From Candidatus Eremiobacteria bacterium (GTDB lineage: Bacteria; Vulcanimicrobiota; Vulcanimicrobiia; Vulcanimicrobiales; Vulcanimicrobiaceae), in contig CAVTRC010000001.1 of the NCBI GenBank assembly GCA_963737065.1, forward strand, positions 1,408,001 to 1,472,000: a stretch of 64,000 nt of DNA, in the 5' to 3' direction. Below, one piece after another: positions 43,381 through 52,198 of this stretch (position 1 is the first letter of the stretch; every line of letters begins with the position of its first letter). The position numbers were made by a program, and so were the translations under genes. The notes under the pieces were generated by a model, which saw nothing but the letters and a program-made list of their open reading frames with translations, was not told the DNA's origin and ran no database searches.

Positions 43381-44350
43381 GCTCGACTAACGCAAGAATT
43401 TCGTCTGCCGAAGCGGTAGCAGTGCCGAGCTTTTCGACGACCGCGCCTGCCGCAAAGTTCGCAAGGTGCATCGCGCGTTCGATCGGTGCGCCGGCCGCGA
43501 GCGCGAGCGCGAGCACCGCGATGACGGTATCACCGGCGCCCGATACGTCGAAGACCTTGCGTGCAACGGACGGAACATTGAGACGCACGCCGTCGTCGCC
43601 GAAGAGCGCCATACCGTGCTCTCCGCGCGTGATGACGACGTACCGGCACTGCAGCGATTGCAGCAGCGCGGTTCCCACGCGCTCCAGTGACGCCTCGTCG
43701 GTAATCGCGACGCCGGTCGCGGCCGCCGCTTCGCTTACGTTGGGCGCGACGCACGTGACGCCCGCGAAGAGTGAGACGTTTTGCGGCTTCGGATCGGCAA
43801 GCACGAGCGGACACGCGCGCGCGGCGTCGACGATGTCCTCGTTTAACAGGCCTTTCGCGTAATCGCTCAGGATAACGGCGTCGACGCGCGCGGCGCGTTC
43901 GGCAACGTACCGCGCGATGCGGGCGTTGTCGGGACGCTGGATCGGAGCGACGACTTCCCAATCGGCACGCACCACTTGCTGATTGTGTGCGACGATGCGC
44001 GTCTTGCGCGTCGTTGGGCGGTCGCCCACGTTGAAGACGCCGTTGTCGTCTACGTGCTCCTCCGAAAGCAAACGCCGAACGTCGGCCGCGAAAGCATCGT
44101 CGCCGATTGTTCCGACGAATTCGACGTTCGCGTGGAGCGCGCGCAGGTTGTTCGCAACGTTCCCGGCGCCGCCGAGCGTAAAGGAATGATCGGTGACGGC
44201 GACCACGGGAACCGGCGCTTCGGGTGAAATGCGCGAAACGGTCCCCCAGATCCACTCGTCGAGCATCAGATCGCCGACGACGAGGATCTTGCGTCCGCGC
44301 ATACGGTCGAAGAGCGTGCGGGCGTCCGGAACTTGCAGCTGAACGCTCAT
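43367..44350 (-). CDS. rfaE1: D-glycero-beta-D-manno-heptose-7-phosphate kinase (RfaE domain I)
   Basis: GDLMLD, RISPEAPVPV, SDYAKG, DVSGAGDT. Confidence 0.93.
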   Translation of the reverse strand: MSVQLQVPDARTLFDRMRGRKILVVGDLMLDEWIWGTVSRISPEAPVPVVAVTDHSFTLGGAGNVANNLRALHANVEFVGTIGDDAFAADVRRLLSEEHVDDNGVFNVGDRPTTRKTRIVAHNQQVVRADWEVVAPIQRPDNARIARYVAERAARVDAVILSDYAKGLLNEDIVDAARACPLVLADPKPQNVSLFAGVTCVAPNVSEAAAATGVAITDEASLERVGTALLQSLQCRYVVITRGEHGMALFGDDGVRLNVPSVARKVFDVSGAGDTVIAVLALALAAGAPIERAMHLANFAAGAVVEKLGTATASADEILALVEHEHG

Positions 44351-44943
44351 GCTGTTCCGTCGTCGAACATTAGGCGCTGTTCGACTAGATCGCAGACGAT
44401 GTGCGCCATCACCTGGTGCACCTCTTGAACGATCGCAGCATAGCCGTCGGGCCCAAGCAGCACGAGATCGCTGTGCTCGACGATCGTTCCGCCTCCGTTC
44501 CCCGTGAACGCGACCGTAACGGCGCCTTTCGCGCGCGCCGCTTCCATCGCGAGCACGACGTTCTTCGACGTGCCGCTCGTCGTCATACCGATCAATACAT
44601 CACCGGCTTGCACGAACGCTTCGACTTGCCGGCTGAAAATATGCTCGTAGCCGTAATCGTTACCGACGCACGTCAGCGTCGACGTGTTGACGGAGAGCGC
44701 TTCGCTATTGAGGCCCCGACGCTCGCGCAAATAGCGGCCGGAAAGTTCTGCGGCCATATGTTGCGCTTCCGCGGCGCTTCCGCCGTTACCGCACCAATAG
44801 ATGCGCTTTCCGGCGCGCAGCGCGGCGACGACCGCATCGACGATGGCTCGGACTTGTTCGCGATAGTGCGCTGCATCGAGCAATCCACGACGGTCGGCGA
44901 GCAGTGCGTCGAAATCGCGTTGCGCTTTGTAGTCGGTCGTCAC
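44347..44943 (-). CDS. gmhA: phosphoheptose isomerase
   Basis: CGNGGSAAEAQH, GNDYG, TTSG, VQEVH. GTGA overlap with accB. Confidence 0.92.
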   Translation of the reverse strand: MTTDYKAQRDFDALLADRRGLLDAAHYREQVRAIVDAVVAALRAGKRIYWCGNGGSAAEAQHMAAELSGRYLRERRGLNSEALSVNTSTLTCVGNDYGYEHIFSRQVEAFVQAGDVLIGMTTSGTSKNVVLAMEAARAKGAVTVAFTGNGGGTIVEHSDLVLLGPDGYAAIVQEVHQVMAHIVCDLVEQRLMFDDGTA

Positions 44944-45395
44944 GGCTGAATCCAAAAAAGCTCCTCGCCTTGCGAAACCAGCTCACCATTCTCCGGAATG
45001 ATGCGCAGGACCGTCCCGGCGTAATCGCTTTGAATCTCGTTGAAGAGCTTCATCGCTTCGAGAATGCACACGACATCGCCGGCTTCGACGCGGTCGCCTG
45101 GGTTCACGAACGCTTCGGCATCCGGCGACGAGGATCGATAAAAAACGCCGGTCAGCGGCGCCGTGACGCGCTTCAGATTTGCCGGCGCGGCAGGCGGCGC
45201 ACCTGCAGCCGATCCTGGCGACGCCGCGGCTGCAACGGGCGCATGCGCGGCGGGTGCGACGACGTGTGCGCCCGCTTCACGACGCACTAATTCGTAGACC
45301 GCGTCACCGACTTTCACTTTGATGCGGTCGAGATCGTGCTCGTGCATGATCTCGAGCAGTGAAGCGATCGTCTCGGTCTCGTCTTCGTGTGCCAT
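44940..45395 (-). CDS. accB: acetyl-CoA carboxylase biotin carboxyl carrier protein
   Basis: Ala/Pro linker, APLTGVFY, EAMKLFNEI. Confidence 0.92.
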   Translation of the reverse strand: MAHEDETETIASLLEIMHEHDLDRIKVKVGDAVYELVRREAGAHVVAPAAHAPVAAAASPGSAAGAPPAAPANLKRVTAPLTGVFYRSSSPDAEAFVNPGDRVEAGDVVCILEAMKLFNEIQSDYAGTVLRIIPENGELVSQGEELFWIQP

Positions 45396-45399
45396 CTGC

Positions 45400-46671
45400 T
45401 TACTTTGCTTCGCCAAGGGCCGCCGCAACGTCTGCCGCACCGCCCAGCCGGACGCGCCGGTCCTCGCGCGTTTGCAAATCACGCACCACGATGTGACCGG
45501 CTGCGAGTTCGTCGCTGCCGACAATGAGCGCGAAGCGCGCGTTGTTCCGGTCCGCGATCTTTAGATGCGCGAGCAGTTTGCGATCTTCGTAGTCCATGAA
45601 GACCGGCGCTTCGAGCGAGCGCCGCAGTTCGATGGTAATCGGCACCAGCGCAGCGCGTGCTTGTGCGCCGAGTGCAATTGCCTGAACGCCGCTGCGCGGT
45701 AAGGCGCGCTCACCGTGCACCGCTTCGATCATCATCAAAAAGCGCTCGATTCCGAGCGCGAAACCGACCGCCGGCACATCCGGACCCCCAAGCGATTTCA
45801 CCAAGCCGTCGTATCGCCCGCCGCCGCACACGGTCGATTGGGCGCCCAGCGCACTGGACGTGATCTCGAACACGGTACGCGTGTAGTAATCCAAGCCGCG
45901 CACGATCATCGGATTGACGACGTACGGAATGCTCGATTCCTCGAGATACGCTTTGAGCGCGTTGAAGTGTTCGCGACATGCATCGCATAAGCGCGATTCG
46001 AAACTCGGCGCGGTTTCGACGAACGGCCGGTCGCGCTCGTCTTTACTGTCGAGCAGACGCAACGGATTGCGCTCGAGACGGCGTTGGGAATCGGGCGAGA
46101 GTTCGTGCAGATGCGGACGGAAGTGCGCGAGCAACGCTTCACGGTAGTTCGGACGGCACACGTCGTCGCCGATCGAATTGATATTGAGCTTGGCATCGAT
46201 GATGCCGTGGGCGCGCACGAGTTCCCAAGCGAGGCCAATCACCTCGAAATCGGCTTCAGGACCGGCGAAACCCGTGCACTCGACGCCGAACTGATGCGAC
46301 TGTCGATAACGCCCTTTCTGCGGGCGTTCGTATCGAAAGATCGGCCCGATGTAATAAAGCCGTTGCGGGCCCTGCGCAAAGAGATTGTGTTCGAGCGCGC
46401 CACGCATCACGGGAGCGGTCCATTCCGGACGCAGGGTCATCCAACGCTCGCCCTTGTCCGCAAACGTATACATCTCTTTCTCGACGATATCCGTCGTTTC
46501 GCCGACACCGCGAACGAACAGTTCCGTCGCTTCGAACATCGGCGTGCGAACCTCGCCGTAGCCGAAACGCCGCGCAAGATCGTGAATGACCGTCTCGAGC
46601 GCGAGCCATGCTCGTGAATTGGGCGGAAAAATGTCCTGGGTACCGCGCGGCGCGCTGATTTTGGACGGCAT
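45400..46671 (-). CDS. hisS: histidine--tRNA ligase
   Basis: PRGTQD, LRPE, FRYERPQKGRYRQ, VRGLDYY, GGGRYDGL. Confidence 0.98.
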   Translation of the reverse strand: MPSKISAPRGTQDIFPPNSRAWLALETVIHDLARRFGYGEVRTPMFEATELFVRGVGETTDIVEKEMYTFADKGERWMTLRPEWTAPVMRGALEHNLFAQGPQRLYYIGPIFRYERPQKGRYRQSHQFGVECTGFAGPEADFEVIGLAWELVRAHGIIDAKLNINSIGDDVCRPNYREALLAHFRPHLHELSPDSQRRLERNPLRLLDSKDERDRPFVETAPSFESRLCDACREHFNALKAYLEESSIPYVVNPMIVRGLDYYTRTVFEITSSALGAQSTVCGGGRYDGLVKSLGGPDVPAVGFALGIERFLMMIEAVHGERALPRSGVQAIALGAQARAALVPITIELRRSLEAPVFMDYEDRKLLAHLKIADRNNARFALIVGSDELAAGHIVVRDLQTREDRRVRLGGAADVAAALGEAK

Positions 46672-46984
46672 GCGTTAGCACGCCCCAGAACGCATCGCGC
46701 ACCGGGTCTTCTTCGAGGCAAACGTTTTTTCGGGTGATCTCATCGTTGCTGCGTCGCTCACATATCGCAGAGCATATGCTCGCTCCTTGCGCCTCAATCT
46801 CACGCTGGTCTTTGCGGTCGGCGTGCGGTTTGCATTGTGCATCGTCGCGTCTCGCGCGGCGGCTGCGCGCTAAACACGAAACGGCCCGGGGGAATCGACC
46901 GCCACCGCTGGCCCTCGACGTCGACCCCGCATAGGCGACTGATTCGACCTCTAGACGAGATCGCACAGCTCGGGATGGAGCAGT

Positions 46985-48121
46985 ATGCGCGCTGCGATCT
47001 ACGTCGCTCTGCTCGTTGCCTGCATTGCCGCTGCACCCGAATTCACGCGTGCGGTGCTCGCGTCCGCGGCCGCCGTGCTCTTCGAAATGCTGCCGTACGC
47101 CGCTGCGACGGCGGTGCTCGCGCCGATCCTCGGTCGCTTTGCAGGGACAGTCCTGGCATATGCCGGTTGCGGCTGCAGTTCTGGCCCCGGCGCGCGCTCG
47201 ATTCCTGCGGCGCTTGCATGCGCCATGGTGTTCGGCCCGCACGTCGCACTCGCGCGGTGGCTCACGGCGATCGGCGTTGCAGCCGTGCGCGCCAGTCCAT
47301 CCGCGCACGAGCACCGGAGCGCGCCACTCGTTCACGAACTTGCGACGCTTGCGCCTGCGGCGTTGTTCGCGGGAGTGCTGACGGTCGCAGCACCATCACT
47401 TGCGATCGGACAGCGAACGCCCGCGCTGCAAGTCGTCGCCGGAGTTTTGCTCGGCTTTTTCGCGGCGCCGTGCGCGCTCGGCGGAATCGCGCTCGCGTCA
47501 TCGCTCCACGCGCAATCCGCGCTCGCAACCAGCGCAATGCTGTGCGTCGCCGGCATCGTCGACGTTCGCGTGTGGTGGAAGTCACACGCGTCGCATGCGC
47601 GTCCCGATCGCACAACGTATGCGTTGCTCGCGCTGGCGTGCGGTATCGTTGCGTTCCAGCACGGCGCTACGCTCGTGCATCCGCGCATGACCCTGCCGCT
47701 ATGCTGCTGCGCCGCCGTGTGCGCGATTCTCGCGTTTCGACGGAACATCGCGGCGGCGCGATTGCCACGTGTCATCGCCGCAGCGCTCGTAATCGTCGCG
47801 CTGCTCGGTTCACCGCCGCCGCCTCTCGTTGCGACCGAAGCGACGCTCGACACGCTCTATCCCGGTGAGCGCGTGGAGTTCACCGGTGCGTATGAGCCGC
47901 GCGCGGGCCGGGCGCAGGTTGTACGTTATGCAATTACGTGCTGCCGCGCGGACGCGCGTCCCGTCGGAGTCGAACTCGCAAACGCACCCGCAATTTCAAT
48001 CTCGCCGGGCATGTGGATCAGCGTGCGCGGAGTCGTGCAGCGGCGCGGCGATCAACTCATGCTCGTGGCCGAGCGGATCACGCGCGTCGCGCCGCCTGCC
48101 GATCCGTTCGTTTATCTGTGA
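46985..48121 (+). CDS. membrane protein: DUF318-permease-like N-terminus fused to DUF1980 (YcgQ-like) C-terminus
   Basis: Multiple TMs with GCGC and APC motifs; C-terminal RYAITCCRADA...W..V.G...DPFVY. Confidence 0.7.
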   Translation: MRAAIYVALLVACIAAAPEFTRAVLASAAAVLFEMLPYAAATAVLAPILGRFAGTVLAYAGCGCSSGPGARSIPAALACAMVFGPHVALARWLTAIGVAAVRASPSAHEHRSAPLVHELATLAPAALFAGVLTVAAPSLAIGQRTPALQVVAGVLLGFFAAPCALGGIALASSLHAQSALATSAMLCVAGIVDVRVWWKSHASHARPDRTTYALLALACGIVAFQHGATLVHPRMTLPLCCCAAVCAILAFRRNIAAARLPRVIAAALVIVALLGSPPPPLVATEATLDTLYPGERVEFTGAYEPRAGRAQVVRYAITCCRADARPVGVELANAPAISISPGMWISVRGVVQRRGDQLMLVAERITRVAPPADPFVYL

Positions 48122-48143
48122 GCAGGGACGGGGAGAGACAACT

Positions 48144-48410
48144 ATGGCGAACGCAGGACTCGTCGAAGCGCTCGGTTATCTCGCCACCGCAATCGTTGCG
48201 ATCACGCAGCTTCCGCAACTCGCCAAGACGTTGCGCACGCACGACGTGAAGGGCCTTTCGCGCAACACATACGTGTTGATCGTGATCGGTTCCGCGCTCT
48301 ACGTTCCGTATGCCGTTGCAATCCACAGCATTCCCATTCTCATTACGAACGCCTGGATCGTCGTCGTTGCGGCCACGATCCTGAGCTACATCGTTCGCTA
48401 CGGTGATTAG
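48144..48410 (+). CDS. SemiSWEET/PQ-loop transporter
   Basis: 88 aa, 3 TMs, LPQ...KTLRT...GLS...PILITN. Confidence 0.88.
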   Translation: MANAGLVEALGYLATAIVAITQLPQLAKTLRTHDVKGLSRNTYVLIVIGSALYVPYAVAIHSIPILITNAWIVVVAATILSYIVRYGD

Positions 48411-48808
48411 GAGCGGTCGTCGCGCTTACGGGGCTCCAGCACTTCGACCGGAATGCCGTTGGGATCTTCGACGAATGCGATGGCGCGCGTGCCGCTGGGC
48501 GATCTGTAAACATCCTTGACGATTTTCACGCCGTTGCTTTTCAAGCGGGCGATGTAGGGTTCTAAATCGCCGTCGGACTCGATCGCTAAGTGCTCGTAGC
48601 GATTTCCCAGGTGATACGCCGGATGTTCTTCGAGATCGTAGACGAGCTCGATATACGCATTCCAATCATGACCGACGAAGGCCATGTCCGCGTTACCCGG
48701 ATAGTGGTGCGGGCCATCGAGCAGTTTCATCCCAAGCTTTCGCGTGTAGAAGTCGATCGATTCTTCCATGTCGTTCACGAAAATGGACGTATGAAGGAAT
48801 CGCGGCAT
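48407..48808 (-). CDS. VOC family protein (lactoylglutathione lyase-like)
   Basis: FLHT...SIDFYT, IEL, YEHLAI, FVEDPNG...E. Confidence 0.88.
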   Translation of the reverse strand: MPRFLHTSIFVNDMEESIDFYTRKLGMKLLDGPHHYPGNADMAFVGHDWNAYIELVYDLEEHPAYHLGNRYEHLAIESDGDLEPYIARLKSNGVKIVKDVYRSPSGTRAIAFVEDPNGIPVEVLEPRKRDDRS

Positions 48809-48874
48809 TGAGTCTTCCTCCGAGCGGGTAGAACGAGGCAGTTCTTCGCGGATGTCTTTTGGAAATACCCGTCT

Positions 48875-50014
48875 ATGAAGCGCTACGATGCGGCCGTGAT
48901 CGGTCTCGGCGCAATGGGAAGCGCAGCGGCGGCGCATCTGGCGGCGCGAGGCGGGAGCGTGATCGGCCTCGAGCAGTATGCGCTCCTGCACGAGCTTGGT
49001 GCGTCGGCCGGCCGGACGCGCATCATCCGCAAAGCGTACTTCGAAGACGTGGCGTACGTCCCGCTGCTGGAGCGCGCGTACGAACTGTGGCACGATCTCG
49101 AGCATCGAACGGGGCGCACGCTCCTCGACCTCTGCGGCGTGCTCGTCGTCGGAAGCAACGCAACCGATGCGGCGCGCGGCGTTCTGCTCGCATCCGAACA
49201 ATATGGCATCGAAGTGCGCGTGATGGATGCGCCGGAACTCCGCCGCGCGTATCCGCAGATTCGCCCGCTCGATAATGAGATCGGCATCTTCGAACCGAAC
49301 GCCGGCATCGTATTTCCCGAAGCAGCGATTGCAGCACAGCTCGAGGTCGCGCGCGCGCGCGGCGCGACGTTGATCGGGAACACGCGCGTGACCGGATGGC
49401 AGCGCCGCCGTGCATCGCTCGTTATCGACGTCGACGGCAGGCCGGAATACGAAGTCGATCGCATTGTCGTGTGCGCGGGTCCGTGGACGTCCGAGATATT
49501 TGCGCGTTTAGGACTACCGATCACCGTGCAGCGCAACGTGCAATATTGGTTTACACCACAGACGGATGCGTTTTCAGCGGACCGTTTTCCGGCCTTCTTC
49601 GTCGAGCGTGCGGGCTTGCCGGCCCAGCTCTACGGATTCCCCGATCTTGGCGACGGTGTGAAAGCCGCGCTGCACGGCTACGGTCAGACGACGACGGCGG
49701 ACGATTTGAACCGTGACGTCGAGCCGTGGGAAGTTGCAGAGATGCGCGAGCTGCTCGAGGGCTGGATGCCCACTGCCGCGGGCGAACTGCGATTTGTCAA
49801 AGCCTGCATGTATGCGATGACGCCGGATCACCATTTTGCGATCGGCACAGATCGTGAGGACGCTTGCGTCGTGTTTGCCGCCGGGTTCTCGGGACACGGA
49901 TTCAAGTTTGCGCCCGTGATCGGTGAACTGCTTGCACAACTTGCGCTCGACGGCGCGACCGGGCTCGATATCGATTTTCTTTCACCCGTACGCTTTACGA
50001 AGGAGCTCATGTGA
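48875..50014 (+). CDS. solA: N-methyl-L-tryptophan oxidase / monomeric sarcosine oxidase
   Basis: GLGAMG, TRIIRKAYFE, CMY (FAD-binding Cys), GFSGHGFKFAP. Confidence 0.88.
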   Translation: MKRYDAAVIGLGAMGSAAAAHLAARGGSVIGLEQYALLHELGASAGRTRIIRKAYFEDVAYVPLLERAYELWHDLEHRTGRTLLDLCGVLVVGSNATDAARGVLLASEQYGIEVRVMDAPELRRAYPQIRPLDNEIGIFEPNAGIVFPEAAIAAQLEVARARGATLIGNTRVTGWQRRRASLVIDVDGRPEYEVDRIVVCAGPWTSEIFARLGLPITVQRNVQYWFTPQTDAFSADRFPAFFVERAGLPAQLYGFPDLGDGVKAALHGYGQTTTADDLNRDVEPWEVAEMRELLEGWMPTAAGELRFVKACMYAMTPDHHFAIGTDREDACVVFAAGFSGHGFKFAPVIGELLAQLALDGATGLDIDFLSPVRFTKELM

Positions 50015-50015
50015 A

Positions 50016-50369
50016 ATGAACGACCTTGCGGCCAAAGATTGCGTACCATGCCGCGGAGGCATCCCGCCGCTCAACGACACAGAGATCGAGCCGTTGATCG
50101 CGCAACTTCCAGGATGGAACGTCGAGGAGCGCGCGTCGCCGAAATTCGGCAGTGTGAAATATCTCACGCGCGAATATCGTTTCACGAACTTCGCTGAGGC
50201 GATGAACGCGGCGAATGCGGTGGCCAAAATTGCCGAAGAGCAGCAGCATCACCCCGATCTTCACGTCGCATGGGGACGGCTCGGCGTCGAGATGTGGACG
50301 CATAAGATCGGGGGACTGACCGAGAGCGACTTCGTCTTCGCGGCAAAGTGCGACGCTGTTCTAACGTAA
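50016..50369 (+). CDS. pterin-4-alpha-carbinolamine dehydratase
   Basis: CVPC, AEEQQHHPD, WTHKIGGLTESDF. Confidence 0.92.
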   Translation: MNDLAAKDCVPCRGGIPPLNDTEIEPLIAQLPGWNVEERASPKFGSVKYLTREYRFTNFAEAMNAANAVAKIAEEQQHHPDLHVAWGRLGVEMWTHKIGGLTESDFVFAAKCDAVLT

Positions 50370-50398
50370 CGACTTTGGACGAATTTCCGTGAACGTTC

Positions 50399-50421
50399 GC
50401 CGCTTTCTCGGAGAGAGCGGC
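50399..50421. terminator. hairpin between convergent genes
   Basis: GCCGCTTTC/GAGAGCGGC stem; no clear U-tract. Confidence 0.4.
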
Positions 50422-50461
50422 ACTGTAGCCTCAGCGCGAGAACGAGTGATCGGACGCCGTT

Positions 50462-52000
50462 TCAGTTGTTCGCCGGAGGTTGCGCACCTTTTATGATTTG
50501 CGAAAACGGCGTCGAACCGTAATGCATGCCGAACACCGTCGTCGGACTGAGGTGTTCGCGCGCAATCGCGGTAAGCGCTTCATGTAAGTATTCAGGGGTG
50601 AACCACGAATCGTCGCCATCCGGCGCGAACAGATCGCTCGTGTAGAGCAGTCGATGGTCCGGGAAATATACCATCATCTGCCGCTCGGCAGTGGCCGTGC
50701 GGTATGGCACCAAGATGAGCCGGTTCGGTCCGTCGCCAAGTTGCATCGGGCGACTCACGAGTCGTAGATCCGCATGACGCGGATGCTTCTGCAAGTCATC
50801 GGGATCCATTCGATGGGGCGCAGCAATGAGACGACGCAAGATTGGCCCATTGAGATCGAGCGCATAGACCGGAATACGATCCGCTACGGCCTGCCGTACG
50901 CCCGCGATATGGGGCCACGAATCAGATGTCGTAACAACGGCGTTCACGCGCGCGTTGAACATACGTTGCGCGGCATCGATCGCGCGCTGCGTATAGTTCG
51001 GTGACCACGGCGCCTCGATAAGGACGACGCCGTCCTTTTGGCGCACGAATGCTACGTTCCAACCTCCGGGATACTGAACGATTCCCCGCGCTAGCGCGTA
51101 CGGTGACCGCGAGCCGCCGAAGCCGAGTGCGATCGAATCAACGCGGCGCAGCCGGCCGTGGTGTGCTTGGAACATTGCCGGTGGAACGGCCAGGCTTGGC
51201 TCGTCGAGTTTTTGATTGAACGCGAGGCGAATGATTACGGTGTGCGTATCGGGCAAGCCCAGTCTCGTGATCGTCCATTCACGCGGATACACGATTCCGC
51301 CCGGTTCGAGCGTCCATGCGTTATAGACGATCGTCGTCGGCACGTCGCCCCAGACATTCAGAAACGTCTGGCTCGGGTACGCACGAACGAAATCCAATCG
51401 CCACGGCAGCCCGCTTTGCGCGTTGATATAGAGCGTGCACGGTACTTCTCGCCAGCGAAACGTGATGACATGATGCGGCACCCCATGCAACACAACATCC
51501 CGTCGCAAACGGAGGCCTGGGGCCGAGAGAGCCGTCAATATTAGGCGTTCAGGAGCGAACGCGAACTGCTCGTCGTTTTGCGCGATGAGAGAGCCACCGC
51601 CGTACTGCGGTCCGTCTTTCCCTTCGATCGCGGCCACGTCGTCGTTGATAACCGTGACCCGCGGCGTCGCGTCTGGCTCCTGAAGCCACCACTTGTCCGC
51701 GGCATATGCTTCGCTCGTGCGCTCGATCTTTACGCGATGATTGACGAGATCGCGGGTCTGACGCTCGCGAAAGTGATCGATGAAGTACGGGCCGCTTGGA
51801 CGCTCCGACTGCTCGACCATGTCTCGTTCGCCAACCGCCGTGTATGTAATCGATTTGATCGATTGCAGCGCCGCAACACCGCCCATCGATTTCGCTGACG
51901 ATTCCAGCACAGAGCGGGCATTTTTCTCCGCCGAAGGCGCCACGCCCGAAAGGAAAACGAGCGCAATAACGACCAACGCGCGAATTTCCATGCGCGTCAT
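50462..52000 (-). CDS. exported protein with C-terminal metallo-beta-lactamase-like fold
   Basis: Signal peptide; VVLIEAP, TTSDSWPHIAGVR, MVYFP...LYTSDLF, GMH. Confidence 0.7.
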   Translation of the reverse strand: MTRMEIRALVVIALVFLSGVAPSAEKNARSVLESSAKSMGGVAALQSIKSITYTAVGERDMVEQSERPSGPYFIDHFRERQTRDLVNHRVKIERTSEAYAADKWWLQEPDATPRVTVINDDVAAIEGKDGPQYGGGSLIAQNDEQFAFAPERLILTALSAPGLRLRRDVVLHGVPHHVITFRWREVPCTLYINAQSGLPWRLDFVRAYPSQTFLNVWGDVPTTIVYNAWTLEPGGIVYPREWTITRLGLPDTHTVIIRLAFNQKLDEPSLAVPPAMFQAHHGRLRRVDSIALGFGGSRSPYALARGIVQYPGGWNVAFVRQKDGVVLIEAPWSPNYTQRAIDAAQRMFNARVNAVVTTSDSWPHIAGVRQAVADRIPVYALDLNGPILRRLIAAPHRMDPDDLQKHPRHADLRLVSRPMQLGDGPNRLILVPYRTATAERQMMVYFPDHRLLYTSDLFAPDGDDSWFTPEYLHEALTAIAREHLSPTTVFGMHYGSTPFSQIIKGAQPPANN

Positions 52001-52015
52001 CCTAATGCGCCGGCG

Positions 52016-52198
52016 ATGATAAATAACATGAAAGAACTATCAAAAGTTCAAGCGACTCGCTGCGGCGACTCAGCTGCGTTGGGGGCCTTTACCGGTACGT
52101 TTGCGCTGCCGGTCGTCCTTTCGCACGCGGGCGTCACATCGGTCACGCTCGCGTGTGCGATGCTCTGCGTCATCGGTTTGCTCGTGTCGGGACGCTAG
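52016..52198 (+). CDS. possible small membrane protein
   Basis: 60-aa ORF with a hydrophobic C-terminal half; fills the gap and converges on the purH stop. Confidence 0.3.
   Translation: MINNMKELSKVQATRCGDSAALGAFTGTFALPVVLSHAGVTSVTLACAMLCVIGLLVSGR

Noticed and set aside
46871..46900. tRNA-like 3' fragment (GGTCGATTCCCCCGGGCCG, minus strand) or T-box upstream of hisS
   Set aside because: No cloverleaf, no intact TTCGA loop or CCA, and no T-box consensus found.
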